Shown: positions 37,649-45,989, numbered from the stretch's first letter. The stretch: DNA of 64,000 nucleotides from Leyella stercorea (GCA_963658575.1 CAVKQB010000005.1:179-64178), one strand, 5' to 3'. Numbers and translations: made by a program. The notes: generated by a model from the sequence alone, not told the origin.

Positions 37649-38683
37649 GTGGACGCTATGAGAGTGCTTATCATCTGTTTTTCGGGCATCAGCAACGTGG
37701 CATCTGTTGTGCCACCGCTCGATGCGCTCGACAGGCGGTATCCTCAGCACGAATTTACGGTGTTGAGCAGGCACTTTTTGCAGCCGCTGTTCGCACATTT
37801 TGCGCACGTTACGTTTGTGGGAGCCGACATTCGCCGCAAGCACAAAGGGCTGCGTGGTGCGCTCAAACTCTTCGGCGAATTGCGCCGCCAGCGGTTCGAT
37901 GTGGTAGTCGATTTGCAAGATGCGCCGCGCACACGGCTATTGCGCCGGCTTTTTCGCCTTTTTGGTGCAAAAGTGGTAGTGGTCGACAAGCAGCGCGCCG
38001 AACGTCGCCGGTTGATACGCCGTGGAGCGTTGCGCTACAAGCCGCTGAAAACCATTTTCGAGCGTTACAGCGAAGCCTTCGGGCAGATAGGGCTGCAAAC
38101 CGACGACCAATTTGTGCGTATTCCGCCCGCTTCGGACGAAAAACGGCAGAAGGTGGTCGAAATATACGGCGAAAAACGCGGACATTGGATTGGCATCGCC
38201 CCACTGTCGATAGCGCGCGGCAAAACGTTGCCGTTTCGGAAGACAAAAAACGTCATCCGCCACTTCGACAGCCAGCCCGACACCAAGATATTTCTGTTTG
38301 GCGCAGGCGAGATGGAAAACGAACTCTTGGGCGATTGGCAGACCGTGTTCACCAACGTGTATGCCGTGCATACATCGCTCAAACTCGACGAAGAGTTGGC
38401 GCTGATGGAGCAGTTGGACGTGATGGTAACGATGGATTCGGGCAACATGCACTTGGCTGCGCTCACCGCCACGCCTGTGGTGAGCATTTGGGGAGCCACG
38501 CACCCGTATGCGGGCTTTGGCGGCTGGCGACAACCGGCCGAAAACCAAGTGGGCGTCGATTTCTCGTGCCGGCCATGCACCGCACACGAAGCCAAACGGT
38601 GCAAATACGGCGACTACCGCTGCCTCGAAAGCATTCCGTCGGAAAAGATAATCGGCACCATCGAACGAGTTATAAATAGTTAG
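37649..38683 (+). CDS. glycosyltransferase family 9 (heptosyltransferase-like)
   Basis: 344 aa. VTMDSGNMHLAAL resembles the GT9 DSGPMHLAAA motif, and the overall layout fits. The stop TAG is the first triplet of the downstream heptad tract. Confidence 0.75.
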   Translation: MDAMRVLIICFSGISNVASVVPPLDALDRRYPQHEFTVLSRHFLQPLFAHFAHVTFVGADIRRKHKGLRGALKLFGELRRQRFDVVVDLQDAPRTRLLRRLFRLFGAKVVVVDKQRAERRRLIRRGALRYKPLKTIFERYSEAFGQIGLQTDDQFVRIPPASDEKRQKVVEIYGEKRGHWIGIAPLSIARGKTLPFRKTKNVIRHFDSQPDTKIFLFGAGEMENELLGDWQTVFTNVYAVHTSLKLDEELALMEQLDVMVTMDSGNMHLAALTATPVVSIWGATHPYAGFGGWRQPAENQVGVDFSCRPCTAHEAKRCKYGDYRCLESIPSEKIIGTIERVINS

Positions 38684-39056
38684 TAGTGAGAAGTGAGTAA
38701 TTAGTAGTGAGGAGTGAGGAATGAGATTAGAAATGAGAAATTAGGAGTGAGGAATTAGGAGTTGTTGGGCGCGATTCTGTCCCTCTGCTTGGAGCGAAGC
38801 GGAAAGATAGGGGGACGAGGAGCGATAGCGACGGAGGGGGTTCTTTCCTAATTAAGAATTATGAATTAAGAATTTTTTCGGTAAGCGAGAGCAGAGTCAA
38901 ACTTGTTTGAACTATGCCGAGCGGAGAAAAAAAGCGCGTAGCGAATGAATAATAATCCTCAAATAACCAAATAACCAAATCCACAGAAACTTAGAAACGC
39001 GCGTAGCGCAATCAAATAACCAAATCCACAGAAATTTAGAAACAATACGAAAAACT
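38681..39056. repeat. intergenic repeat mosaic M6
   Basis: 89-nt C-free heptad tract (38681-38769). GTTGGGCGCG. A ~215-nt module (38775-38990) recurs at 41945-42150. Two copies of AAATAACCAAATCCACAGAAAnTTAGAAAC. GCGC-GTA-GCGC hairpin at 38999-39009. Confidence 0.85.
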
Positions 39057-39815
39057 ATGGGTAAAATAATTGCAATTGCCAACCAAAAAGGCGGTGTAGG
39101 CAAAACCACCACAAGCATCAATTTGGCGGCCTCGCTTGCGCACTACGGCAAGAAAGTGCTGCTCGTAGATGCCGACCCACAGGCCAACGCCTCGACGGGG
39201 CTCGGGTTCGACATCAAAAACCAAGACAAAACCATCTACCAAAGCCTCATCGGCAAAATAGAGATGCGCGAAGCCGTGCGCCACACCGAAGTCGAAAACC
39301 TCGACCTCGTTACGTCCGACATCAATCTGGTGGGCGTAGAGGTGGAACTGTACGAAGTGGCCGACCGCGAACTCTACATGCGCCGCGCGCTGAATCAGGT
39401 GAAAGACGACTACGACTACATACTGATAGACTGCTCGCCGTCGCTCGGACTGATTACGCTCAATGCGCTCACCGCCGCCAATTCAGTGATCATACCCGTG
39501 CAGAGCGAATACTTTGCGCTCGAAGGCATCGGCAAACTGCTGCACACCATCAAACTGCTGAAAGGCCAATTGAATCCGTCGCTCAAAATCGAAGGCTTCG
39601 TGCTGACCATGTTCGACGCACGCTTGCGCCACGCCAACCAAGTGGCCACCGAAGTGAAGAGCCATTTTGGCGATATGGTGTTCAACACTATGATTCAGCG
39701 CAACGTGAAACTGAGCGAAGCCGCCAGTTACGGGCAGCCAGTGCTGCAATACGACCCCGAATCGCGCGGCGCCATCAACTATCTCGATTTGGCCAAAGAA
39801 CTTATTAACCGTTAG
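39057..39815 (+). CDS. parA: chromosome partitioning ATPase ParA/Soj
   Basis: 252 aa starting MGKIIAIANQKGGVGKTTTSINLAASLA (deviant Walker A). Confidence 0.95.
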   Translation: MGKIIAIANQKGGVGKTTTSINLAASLAHYGKKVLLVDADPQANASTGLGFDIKNQDKTIYQSLIGKIEMREAVRHTEVENLDLVTSDINLVGVEVELYEVADRELYMRRALNQVKDDYDYILIDCSPSLGLITLNALTAANSVIIPVQSEYFALEGIGKLLHTIKLLKGQLNPSLKIEGFVLTMFDARLRHANQVATEVKSHFGDMVFNTMIQRNVKLSEAASYGQPVLQYDPESRGAINYLDLAKELINR

Positions 39816-40182
39816 TCGCAAGATATGAGTAGCAAGACACAAGACAATTAGAACAAAGAGCAATTGAATTAGTAGCAAGATATGAGTAGCAAGTAGCAAG
39901 AAAATTTTAGAAATGAGGAGTTAGGAGTGAGAAGTGAGGAATGCATAATTGTTCGCACCAAGTTGTCCTTGCTCTTTATTCTATGTTCTTTGTTCTAAAA
40001 AATTGCAAATCCCGCGCAACCAAATAACCAAAAACCTAAAAACAAAAATTGCGGTAGCAATTTTGAGAAACCTAGAAACGTGCGAAGCACGAGAAACTTA
40101 GAAACAGCGCGAAGCGCAAAAAACTTAGAAACCTAGAAACGTGCGTAGCACGAAAACAATCAACCAAAGATTTCAAAAACCA
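39813..40182. repeat. intergenic repeat mosaic M7 separating parA from parB
   Basis: Starts at the parA stop TAG. Contains 7-nt periodic TAGCAAG/TGAGGAG units, a shared ~50-nt module (39961-40007), and three GC-clamped GNA-triloop hairpins (40079-40091, 40107-40117, 40140-40152) interleaved with (C/T)TAGAAAC words. Confidence 0.85.
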
Positions 40183-41058
40183 ATGGCAAAACAACCCGCT
40201 TTGGGGCGCGGACTTAGTGCCCTGATTCAAGACATCGAAATAGATGCGCAGCCGCAAGGAGGCTCGTCGATAAACGAAATAGCGATGGCGCAGATAGAAG
40301 CCAATCCCGCCCAACCACGCACCACGTTCGACGACGATGCGCTGGCCGAATTGGCCGACTCGATACGCGCTTTTGGCGTGATTTCGCCCATCACACTGCG
40401 CAAAATCGACGACGAACACTACCAGATTATCGCCGGCGAACGGCGTTGGCGCGCTGCAAAATTGGCTGGGCTCGACCGCATTCCAGCCTACATCAAAACC
40501 GCCGACGACGAAAAACAGGTGCAGTTGATGGCACTCATCGAAAACATACAGCGCGAAGACCTGAACGCCATCGAAATAGCGCTGAGTTACCACAAATTGA
40601 TGAACGACTACAACCTGACACAAGAGGCACTCAGCAAGCAAGTGGGCAAAAAACGCGCCACCATAGCCAACTATGTGCGGCTGCTCAAACTGCCCGCCGA
40701 AGTACAACTCGGCATCAAAGACGGCAAAATAGATATGGGACATGCACGCGCATTGGCGGGCATCGAAAACGCCGCCGACCAAATAGCCGTGTACGAGCGC
40801 ATATTGGACGAAAACTTGCCCGTGCGCGCGGTGGAAGAGTTGGTGAAAAACTCGACAGAAATCGCCTCGGGCACCCAAAAGCGACCATCGGTCAAAACGA
40901 CCAAGCACGCCGAACTGGCCGAACGCATAGCGCACATCGTAGGCGCACCGACGCAAATAACCACCGCCGAAAACGGCAGCGGCAAACTGACCATCAAATT
41001 TGGGTCGGCCGACGAACTGAACAGACTTGTAGAAACACTCCAAAAACTGGCAAACTGA
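40183..41058 (+). CDS. parB: chromosome partitioning protein ParB/Spo0J
   Basis: Starts MAKQPALGRGLSALI. Contains the ParB box (IIAGERRWRAAKLAGL) and an HTH (TQEALSKQVGKKRATIANYVRLL). Confidence 0.95.
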   Translation: MAKQPALGRGLSALIQDIEIDAQPQGGSSINEIAMAQIEANPAQPRTTFDDDALAELADSIRAFGVISPITLRKIDDEHYQIIAGERRWRAAKLAGLDRIPAYIKTADDEKQVQLMALIENIQREDLNAIEIALSYHKLMNDYNLTQEALSKQVGKKRATIANYVRLLKLPAEVQLGIKDGKIDMGHARALAGIENAADQIAVYERILDENLPVRAVEELVKNSTEIASGTQKRPSVKTTKHAELAERIAHIVGAPTQITTAENGSGKLTIKFGSADELNRLVETLQKLAN

Positions 41059-41063
41059 CCACA

Positions 41064-41738
41064 ATGACCAAACGTCTTGCTCTCGCAATCGGTATTTTGG
41101 CGGCAAGCCTCGCAGGTTTGCACGCACAGACACCCGCAGACGGCTTCGCCCCACAAGTGCAAGCCGACGAGCAAGTGTTCACCGTGTCCGACACGGCCGT
41201 ATTTTTCACCGAAGCGCGGCCGGCACCCGTCCAACGCCACTACGACCACGAAGTGTGGCTGCCCGACCCCAAGAAATCGCTTTGGTACGCATTCATATTC
41301 CCCGGTTTGGGGCAAATATACAACCGCAGTTATTGGAAATTGCCGATAGTTTACGGCGGCACCATCGGGTTTGTCTATGGCATAACGTGGAACAACCGCT
41401 ACTACCAAGAGTACTCGCGCGCCTACCGCGATGTGATGGGCAGCAACCCCACGGGGCGCAGTTACGACAATCTGCTGCCGCCCGGCACCGACCCAACATC
41501 GGATTACGCCAAAAATTTGCTCAAAAGCCAGCACAACACCTACCGCCGCTACCGCGACTTGTGCATCGTGGGAGCCGTGGCGTTTTATGCGCTCACCATC
41601 GTCGAGGCCTATGTCGATGCGCAATTGGCCGACTTCGACATCAGTCCCGACCTGTCGATGCATGTGCGCCCCACCGTCTTTCTCACCGAAAACAACCAAA
41701 ACCCAAATTTCGGTGTGGGCGTGGGGATTAAATTTTAG
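41064..41738 (+). CDS. DUF5683 domain protein (conserved downstream of parB in Bacteroidetes)
   Basis: 224 aa with a signal peptide, then SLWYAFIFPGLGQIYNRSYWKLPIVYGG. It lies in frame inside the over-extended ORF 40446-41738. Confidence 0.75.
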   Translation: MTKRLALAIGILAASLAGLHAQTPADGFAPQVQADEQVFTVSDTAVFFTEARPAPVQRHYDHEVWLPDPKKSLWYAFIFPGLGQIYNRSYWKLPIVYGGTIGFVYGITWNNRYYQEYSRAYRDVMGSNPTGRSYDNLLPPGTDPTSDYAKNLLKSQHNTYRRYRDLCIVGAVAFYALTIVEAYVDAQLADFDISPDLSMHVRPTVFLTENNQNPNFGVGVGIKF

Positions 41739-42170
41739 TTAGCAGTTAGTAGTGAGCAGTGAGGAGTTAGGAATGAGGAGTGGTGCGGCGAAGCCGCAAT
41801 TTCAAGAACAAAGAATATAGAACATAGAGCAAAGACTTTTTAATTATCTAATTATTTAATTTCCAATTATTTAATCAATTTTAGATTTCGAATTGACAGA
41901 TTGAGGATTCAATGATTCAATAAATCAATAAGTCAATGATTCATTTCTGTCCCTCTGCCGAGCGCAGCGAGGATAGGGGGACGAGGAGCGACAGCGACGG
42001 AGGGGGTTGAAACCAATTAAGAATTAAGAATTTTTTCGGTAAGCGAGAGCAGAGTCAAACTTGTTTGAACTATGCCGAGCGGAGAAAAAATGCGCGCAGC
42101 GAATTAAGAATGAATAATAATCTCCAAATAATCAAATAACCAAATCTCCAAAAGCCAAAAAAACTTTCCT
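41736..42170. repeat. intergenic repeat mosaic M8
   Basis: TAG-initiated heptad tract, TGCGGC-GAA-GCCGCA hairpin (41784-41798), AT-rich word repeats (AATTATTTAAT, TCAATGATTCA), and the second copy of the ~215-nt module (41945-42150). Confidence 0.85.
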
Positions 42171-43124
42171 GTGAATCGCTTTCTGTTTTTTTCGCGTGGC
42201 CAGCAAATCGGCATCATCGTGCTGTTGGTGCTGATAGCGGCGGTGGTGGCACTCGACGTGTTGCTGCCACGCTTGGTGGCTCCACACGACGACACGTACG
42301 AGAGCGATTCGGTGTTTGTGGCGCAAGTGGCCGCCTTCGAGCAGTCGCTGCGCGACAAACCCAAACCTGTTTGGCAATCGCCTTTCGAGGCGCGCCACAA
42401 AGAACCGAAGCAGACCGATTTTGACGCGCCCACACGCCTCGCGCCATTCGATTTCGACCCGAACACGCTCGATTCGGCCGAATTTGTGCGCATGGGCTTC
42501 AAACCTTACGACGTGCGCCGCATCATGTCGTTCAGGCGGAAAGGCAAGCAGTTTCGCACCGCCGAATTTTTTGTGGAGTTTTGCCGGCTCGAACCCGAAG
42601 AGGCCGAAAAACTGTTGCCGCACGTGCTTATTGCCGCAGTGGCGCCAGCCAAAACCGACACCACCGCACAGAAGCCACGCAAAGCGTATGTGCATATAGA
42701 ACTGAACGCCGCCGACACCGCCGAACTGCAACGCATGCCGGGCATCGGCAGCGGACGCGCCAAACAGATAGTGGGTTACCGTCGCCAATTGGGCGGTTTT
42801 GCCCACGTCGGGCAGTTGCTCGAAATCAACAATTTTCCGCAGGAGGTATTCGACAAAACTGCGCCATATCTATCTGTAAACCAAACACTTATCGAGAAAA
42901 TACAGATAAACAAAGCCAGCGTCGAACGGCTGAAAAAGCACCCGTACATCGATTTTTACCAAGCGAAAGCCATCTACGAACTGCGGCGCATGCGAGGCAC
43001 GCTGCACAACATCGACGAACTGAAAACGCTGAAAGAGAGGAAAGAGTTCGACGGCTACGATTTCGACCGACTTGCGCCATATCTCGATTTCAGCGAAATA
43101 AAATACGACTACAAACGAAAATAA
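42171..43124 (+). CDS. ComEA-like helix-hairpin-helix DNA-binding protein (GTG start)
   Basis: 317 aa with an N-terminal TM helix and two HhH units (AELQRMPGIGSGRAKQIVGYRRQLGGF and ERLKKHPYIDFYQAKAIYELR). Confidence 0.7.
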   Translation: MNRFLFFSRGQQIGIIVLLVLIAAVVALDVLLPRLVAPHDDTYESDSVFVAQVAAFEQSLRDKPKPVWQSPFEARHKEPKQTDFDAPTRLAPFDFDPNTLDSAEFVRMGFKPYDVRRIMSFRRKGKQFRTAEFFVEFCRLEPEEAEKLLPHVLIAAVAPAKTDTTAQKPRKAYVHIELNAADTAELQRMPGIGSGRAKQIVGYRRQLGGFAHVGQLLEINNFPQEVFDKTAPYLSVNQTLIEKIQINKASVERLKKHPYIDFYQAKAIYELRRMRGTLHNIDELKTLKERKEFDGYDFDRLAPYLDFSEIKYDYKRK

Positions 43125-43152
43125 AAGTCCCGTTTATCCGTTACAATAATAG

Positions 43153-44187
43153 ATGAAAAAACGTCTGTACATACTTGCCCTCTGTAGCGTTTGTGCTTTG
43201 GCGGCATTTGCCCAAGCGGGGCGCGACACCTACCAATTCCTCAATTTGCCGACATCCGCCCGATTGGCATCGTTTGGCGGTGCTAACGTGTCGATAAACG
43301 ACGGCGACCTGAACATGGCGTTCCAAAATCCGGCACTGATGAGCGGCAGCACGCACAATGTGCTGACATTCAACTACATGTACTACATTTCGGACATCAA
43401 TCTGGCATCGGTGGCCTACGGACGCTCGTTCGGGCAAGACAACCACATGCTGTTCGGCATACAGTATATCGACTACGGCAAATTTACCGAAACCTCCGCC
43501 ACCGACGTCGAACTTGGCACATTCACCGCCAAGGATTTTGCCCTCTATGTGGGCTACGCACGCACCTTGCCGCTCGGATTCACCGTGGCCGCCACCTGCA
43601 AACCCATCTATTCGGTTTACGAACGCTACCAGAGTTTCGGTTTGGCGTTCGATATCGGCGCGCACTACCAAAACGACACGCTCGGACTCTCCGTCGGACT
43701 CACGCTGCGCAATGCTGGCTGGCAATTCACCGGCTACTACTCCATCGACGGTAAGCAACACCGCGAAACCTTGCCGCTCGACCTCGAACTTGGCATCTCC
43801 GAACGGTTTCAACACGCGCCCATACGCCTGTCGCTCACCATACACAATATGCAACACTGGAACCTCGGCTACGAACGCGCCAGCAAAGTGCTCGAAGCCG
43901 AAAGCACCACCGACAACGTGAAATGGTACGACATGATGTTCCGCCACACCATTTGGACAGTGGAGATACTACCCACGAAAAATCTCTTCTTCGCCGTGAG
44001 CTACAACCACCGCCGCCGCGCCGAACTATCGACCAAAGATTGGAAAACCGCCGCCGGATTTACCTTCGGAGCGGGCATCAAAATAAAAATGTTCAACGTC
44101 GGATTTTCGCTGGTGCCGTACCAAGTGGGCAACCTCTCGTACCACGCCACGCTGGGAGTCAATCTGGCCGAATTCGGCGTGAAATAG
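43153..44187 (+). CDS. porQ: type IX secretion system protein PorQ
   Basis: 344 aa with a signal peptide and an N-terminus ([21 protein letters not shown]) characteristic of PorQ. The rest is a beta-barrel-like alternating sequence. Confidence 0.8.
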   Translation: MKKRLYILALCSVCALAAFAQAGRDTYQFLNLPTSARLASFGGANVSINDGDLNMAFQNPALMSGSTHNVLTFNYMYYISDINLASVAYGRSFGQDNHMLFGIQYIDYGKFTETSATDVELGTFTAKDFALYVGYARTLPLGFTVAATCKPIYSVYERYQSFGLAFDIGAHYQNDTLGLSVGLTLRNAGWQFTGYYSIDGKQHRETLPLDLELGISERFQHAPIRLSLTIHNMQHWNLGYERASKVLEAESTTDNVKWYDMMFRHTIWTVEILPTKNLFFAVSYNHRRRAELSTKDWKTAAGFTFGAGIKIKMFNVGFSLVPYQVGNLSYHATLGVNLAEFGVK

Positions 44188-44210
44188 CGCAACAAAACGA
44201 ACCACTGCCT

Positions 44211-44894
44211 ATGAAACGAATCATTGTGGCGATAGACGGCTACTCGTCGTGCGGCAAAAGCACCATGGCCAAGGAGTTGGCGCGCCGCGTGGGCTACGTC
44301 TATGTCGATACGGGAGCCATGTACCGCGCTGTGTCGCTCTATGCGCTGCGCCACGGCATCATCACCGATAGCGACATCGACGAAAAACGCTTGCAGGAAG
44401 CCCTCGGCGACATCGACATCAATTTCCGCACCAACGCTGCCGGCAAGCAGGAGACCTACCTGAACGGCGAAAACGTGGAGCAGGCCATACGCACGCTCGA
44501 AGTGGCCAACGGTGCAAGCCGCGTAAGCACCATCGGTTTCGTGCGCCGCGAACTGGTGCGCCAACAACAACGCATGGGCGCGCAAAAAGGCATCGTGATG
44601 GATGGGCGCGACATTGGCACCGTCGTCTTTCCCGAAGCCGAACTGAAACTTTTTCTCACCGCCTCGCCCGAAGTGCGCGCGCAACGCCGCTACGACGAGA
44701 TGCGCGCCAAAGGCGAAGCCGCCGACTACGCCCAAGTGCTGGCCAATGTGAAAGAGCGCGACTACCGCGACACGCACCGAGCCGAAAGTCCGCTGCGCCA
44801 AGCCGCCGACGCCGTGCTGATCGACAACTCGCACATGACACCCGCCGAACAAAACGCACTGCTGCAACGCCTTTTCGACGAACGCACACGATAA
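44211..44894 (+). CDS. cmk: cytidylate kinase
   Basis: Starts [40 protein letters not shown]. The true start lies inside the over-extended ORF 43923-44894. Confidence 0.93.
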   Translation: MKRIIVAIDGYSSCGKSTMAKELARRVGYVYVDTGAMYRAVSLYALRHGIITDSDIDEKRLQEALGDIDINFRTNAAGKQETYLNGENVEQAIRTLEVANGASRVSTIGFVRRELVRQQQRMGAQKGIVMDGRDIGTVVFPEAELKLFLTASPEVRAQRRYDEMRAKGEAADYAQVLANVKERDYRDTHRAESPLRQAADAVLIDNSHMTPAEQNALLQRLFDERTR

Positions 44895-44897
44895 AAC

Positions 44898-45989
44898 ATG
44901 GCAGCACACGATACAAATATCGACCTAAACGAGTACATGCGCCAAACCGAGCCGCAAAAAAACGACAAGGTAAAAGCATGGCAGGTAGCCATCGGCCTAC
45001 AAGCCGTCGATGGTTTGACCACGTCCGACTATTTGCTATCGACCGCCAAAAGACACATCGACGGCGACCTATCCATTGCCGAAGTGCAGGATTTGATTGG
45101 GCAATACTACACAACACAAGAAGGGCGCGCCCTCAACGAGGCAAAAAGAACCGAAGAGGCCGACAAAGTGGCGGCAAACATCACCGAAATACTCGGACAA
45201 AACACATTCACTTTTTCTCCAGCAGGATTTGCGGCAATTCACCGGCGGCTTTTCACGGGCATACTGCACCACGCAGGGCAATACCGCACCTACAACATCA
45301 CAAAACAAGAGTGGGTTTTGCGTGGCGACAGCGTTATCTACACCGACTACAGCATGATAGCCGACACCCTTGCCTTCGATTTCGAGCAAGAAAATCCATC
45401 GGCCTATACGCAGATGGACATGCCAACACTGATTCACCACATTTGCAAGTTCATTGCTGGCATTTGGCAGATACACCCATTCGAAGAGGGCAACACGCGC
45501 ACAACGGCCATTTTTACCATCAAATACCTGCGGAGTCTGGGGTTGAACGTGGACAATTCCGCCTTTTCCGAACACTCATGGTATTTCCGGAACGCGCTGG
45601 TACGCGCCAACTACCACAATTACCAAAAAGGCATTGCCGACACAAACGAATTTCTCGAACTCTTCTTCAGAAACCTACTGCTCGGAGAGCATAACAGCCT
45701 GAAAAACAGGTATATGCTCGTCGGTGCAACATGGCAACACCAGCAAAAAGTACCGGCAAAAGTACCGAGAAAAAGTACCGAGAAAAGTACCGAGAAAAGT
45801 ACCGAGAAAAGTACCGAGAAAATTTTGGCGCTCATGAAGCGCAAGCCCAGCATCACCATCAAGGAACTGTGCGCCGCCCTGCCTATGTCTGACAAAGGTG
45901 TGCGCAAAAACATAAACAAACTGAAAGAACAAGGCCGTTTGCGCCGCATTGGCCCCGACAAAGGCGGCTCGTGGCAAGTAACCGGCTGA
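44898..45989 (+). CDS. Fic/DOC-family protein with C-terminal winged-helix domain
   Basis: 363 aa with the Fic motif HPFEEGNTRTTAIF, a (STEK)4 linker repeat, and a C-terminal HTH-like region (ITIKELCAALPMSDKGVRKNINKLKEQGRLRRIG). Confidence 0.85.
   Translation: MAAHDTNIDLNEYMRQTEPQKNDKVKAWQVAIGLQAVDGLTTSDYLLSTAKRHIDGDLSIAEVQDLIGQYYTTQEGRALNEAKRTEEADKVAANITEILGQNTFTFSPAGFAAIHRRLFTGILHHAGQYRTYNITKQEWVLRGDSVIYTDYSMIADTLAFDFEQENPSAYTQMDMPTLIHHICKFIAGIWQIHPFEEGNTRTTAIFTIKYLRSLGLNVDNSAFSEHSWYFRNALVRANYHNYQKGIADTNEFLELFFRNLLLGEHNSLKNRYMLVGATWQHQQKVPAKVPRKSTEKSTEKSTEKSTEKILALMKRKPSITIKELCAALPMSDKGVRKNINKLKEQGRLRRIGPDKGGSWQVTG
45746..45823 (+). repeat. tandem AAAGTACCG(R)(S)A repeats inside the Fic gene
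   Basis: Four perfect 12-nt units AGTACCGAGAAA (45774-45821) are preceded by two degenerate units. A 13-nt unit shifts the reading frame of the repeat, from KVP to STE. Confidence 0.9.

Noticed and set aside
38961-39035. DnaA boxes or oriC next to parA (two copies of AAATCCACA inside AAATAACCAAATCCACAGAAA)
   Set aside because: Each copy matches only 7 of 9 positions of TTATCCACA, with the first two positions wrong. There are only two copies, no dnaA gene, and no AT-rich unwinding element that can be told apart from the general repeat mosaic. They are more likely just another repeat word.
38912-39121. 69-aa ORF (also 42104-42502, 132 aa) lying in the repeat mosaics
   Set aside because: Both run through the shared repeat modules on the minus strand and into the start of the next real gene's antisense. 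Their similarity to each other only reflects the repeated DNA. No start context, and low-complexity translation.
39690-39715. parS site
   Set aside because: Only a half-site (AACGTGAAAC) occurs, inside the parA coding sequence. The left half does not match TGTTTCAC. No full 16-bp palindrome was seen anywhere in the window.
43923-44210. N-terminal extensions suggested by the ORF track for cmk (also 40446-41063 for DUF5683, 36272-36445, 17042-17137, 23625-23693, 47830-47919, 32565-32681)
   Set aside because: The extensions overlap the preceding genes or intergenic repeats and translate to Arg/Pro-rich junk. In each case an internal ATG gives the canonical family N-terminus or a proper signal peptide.
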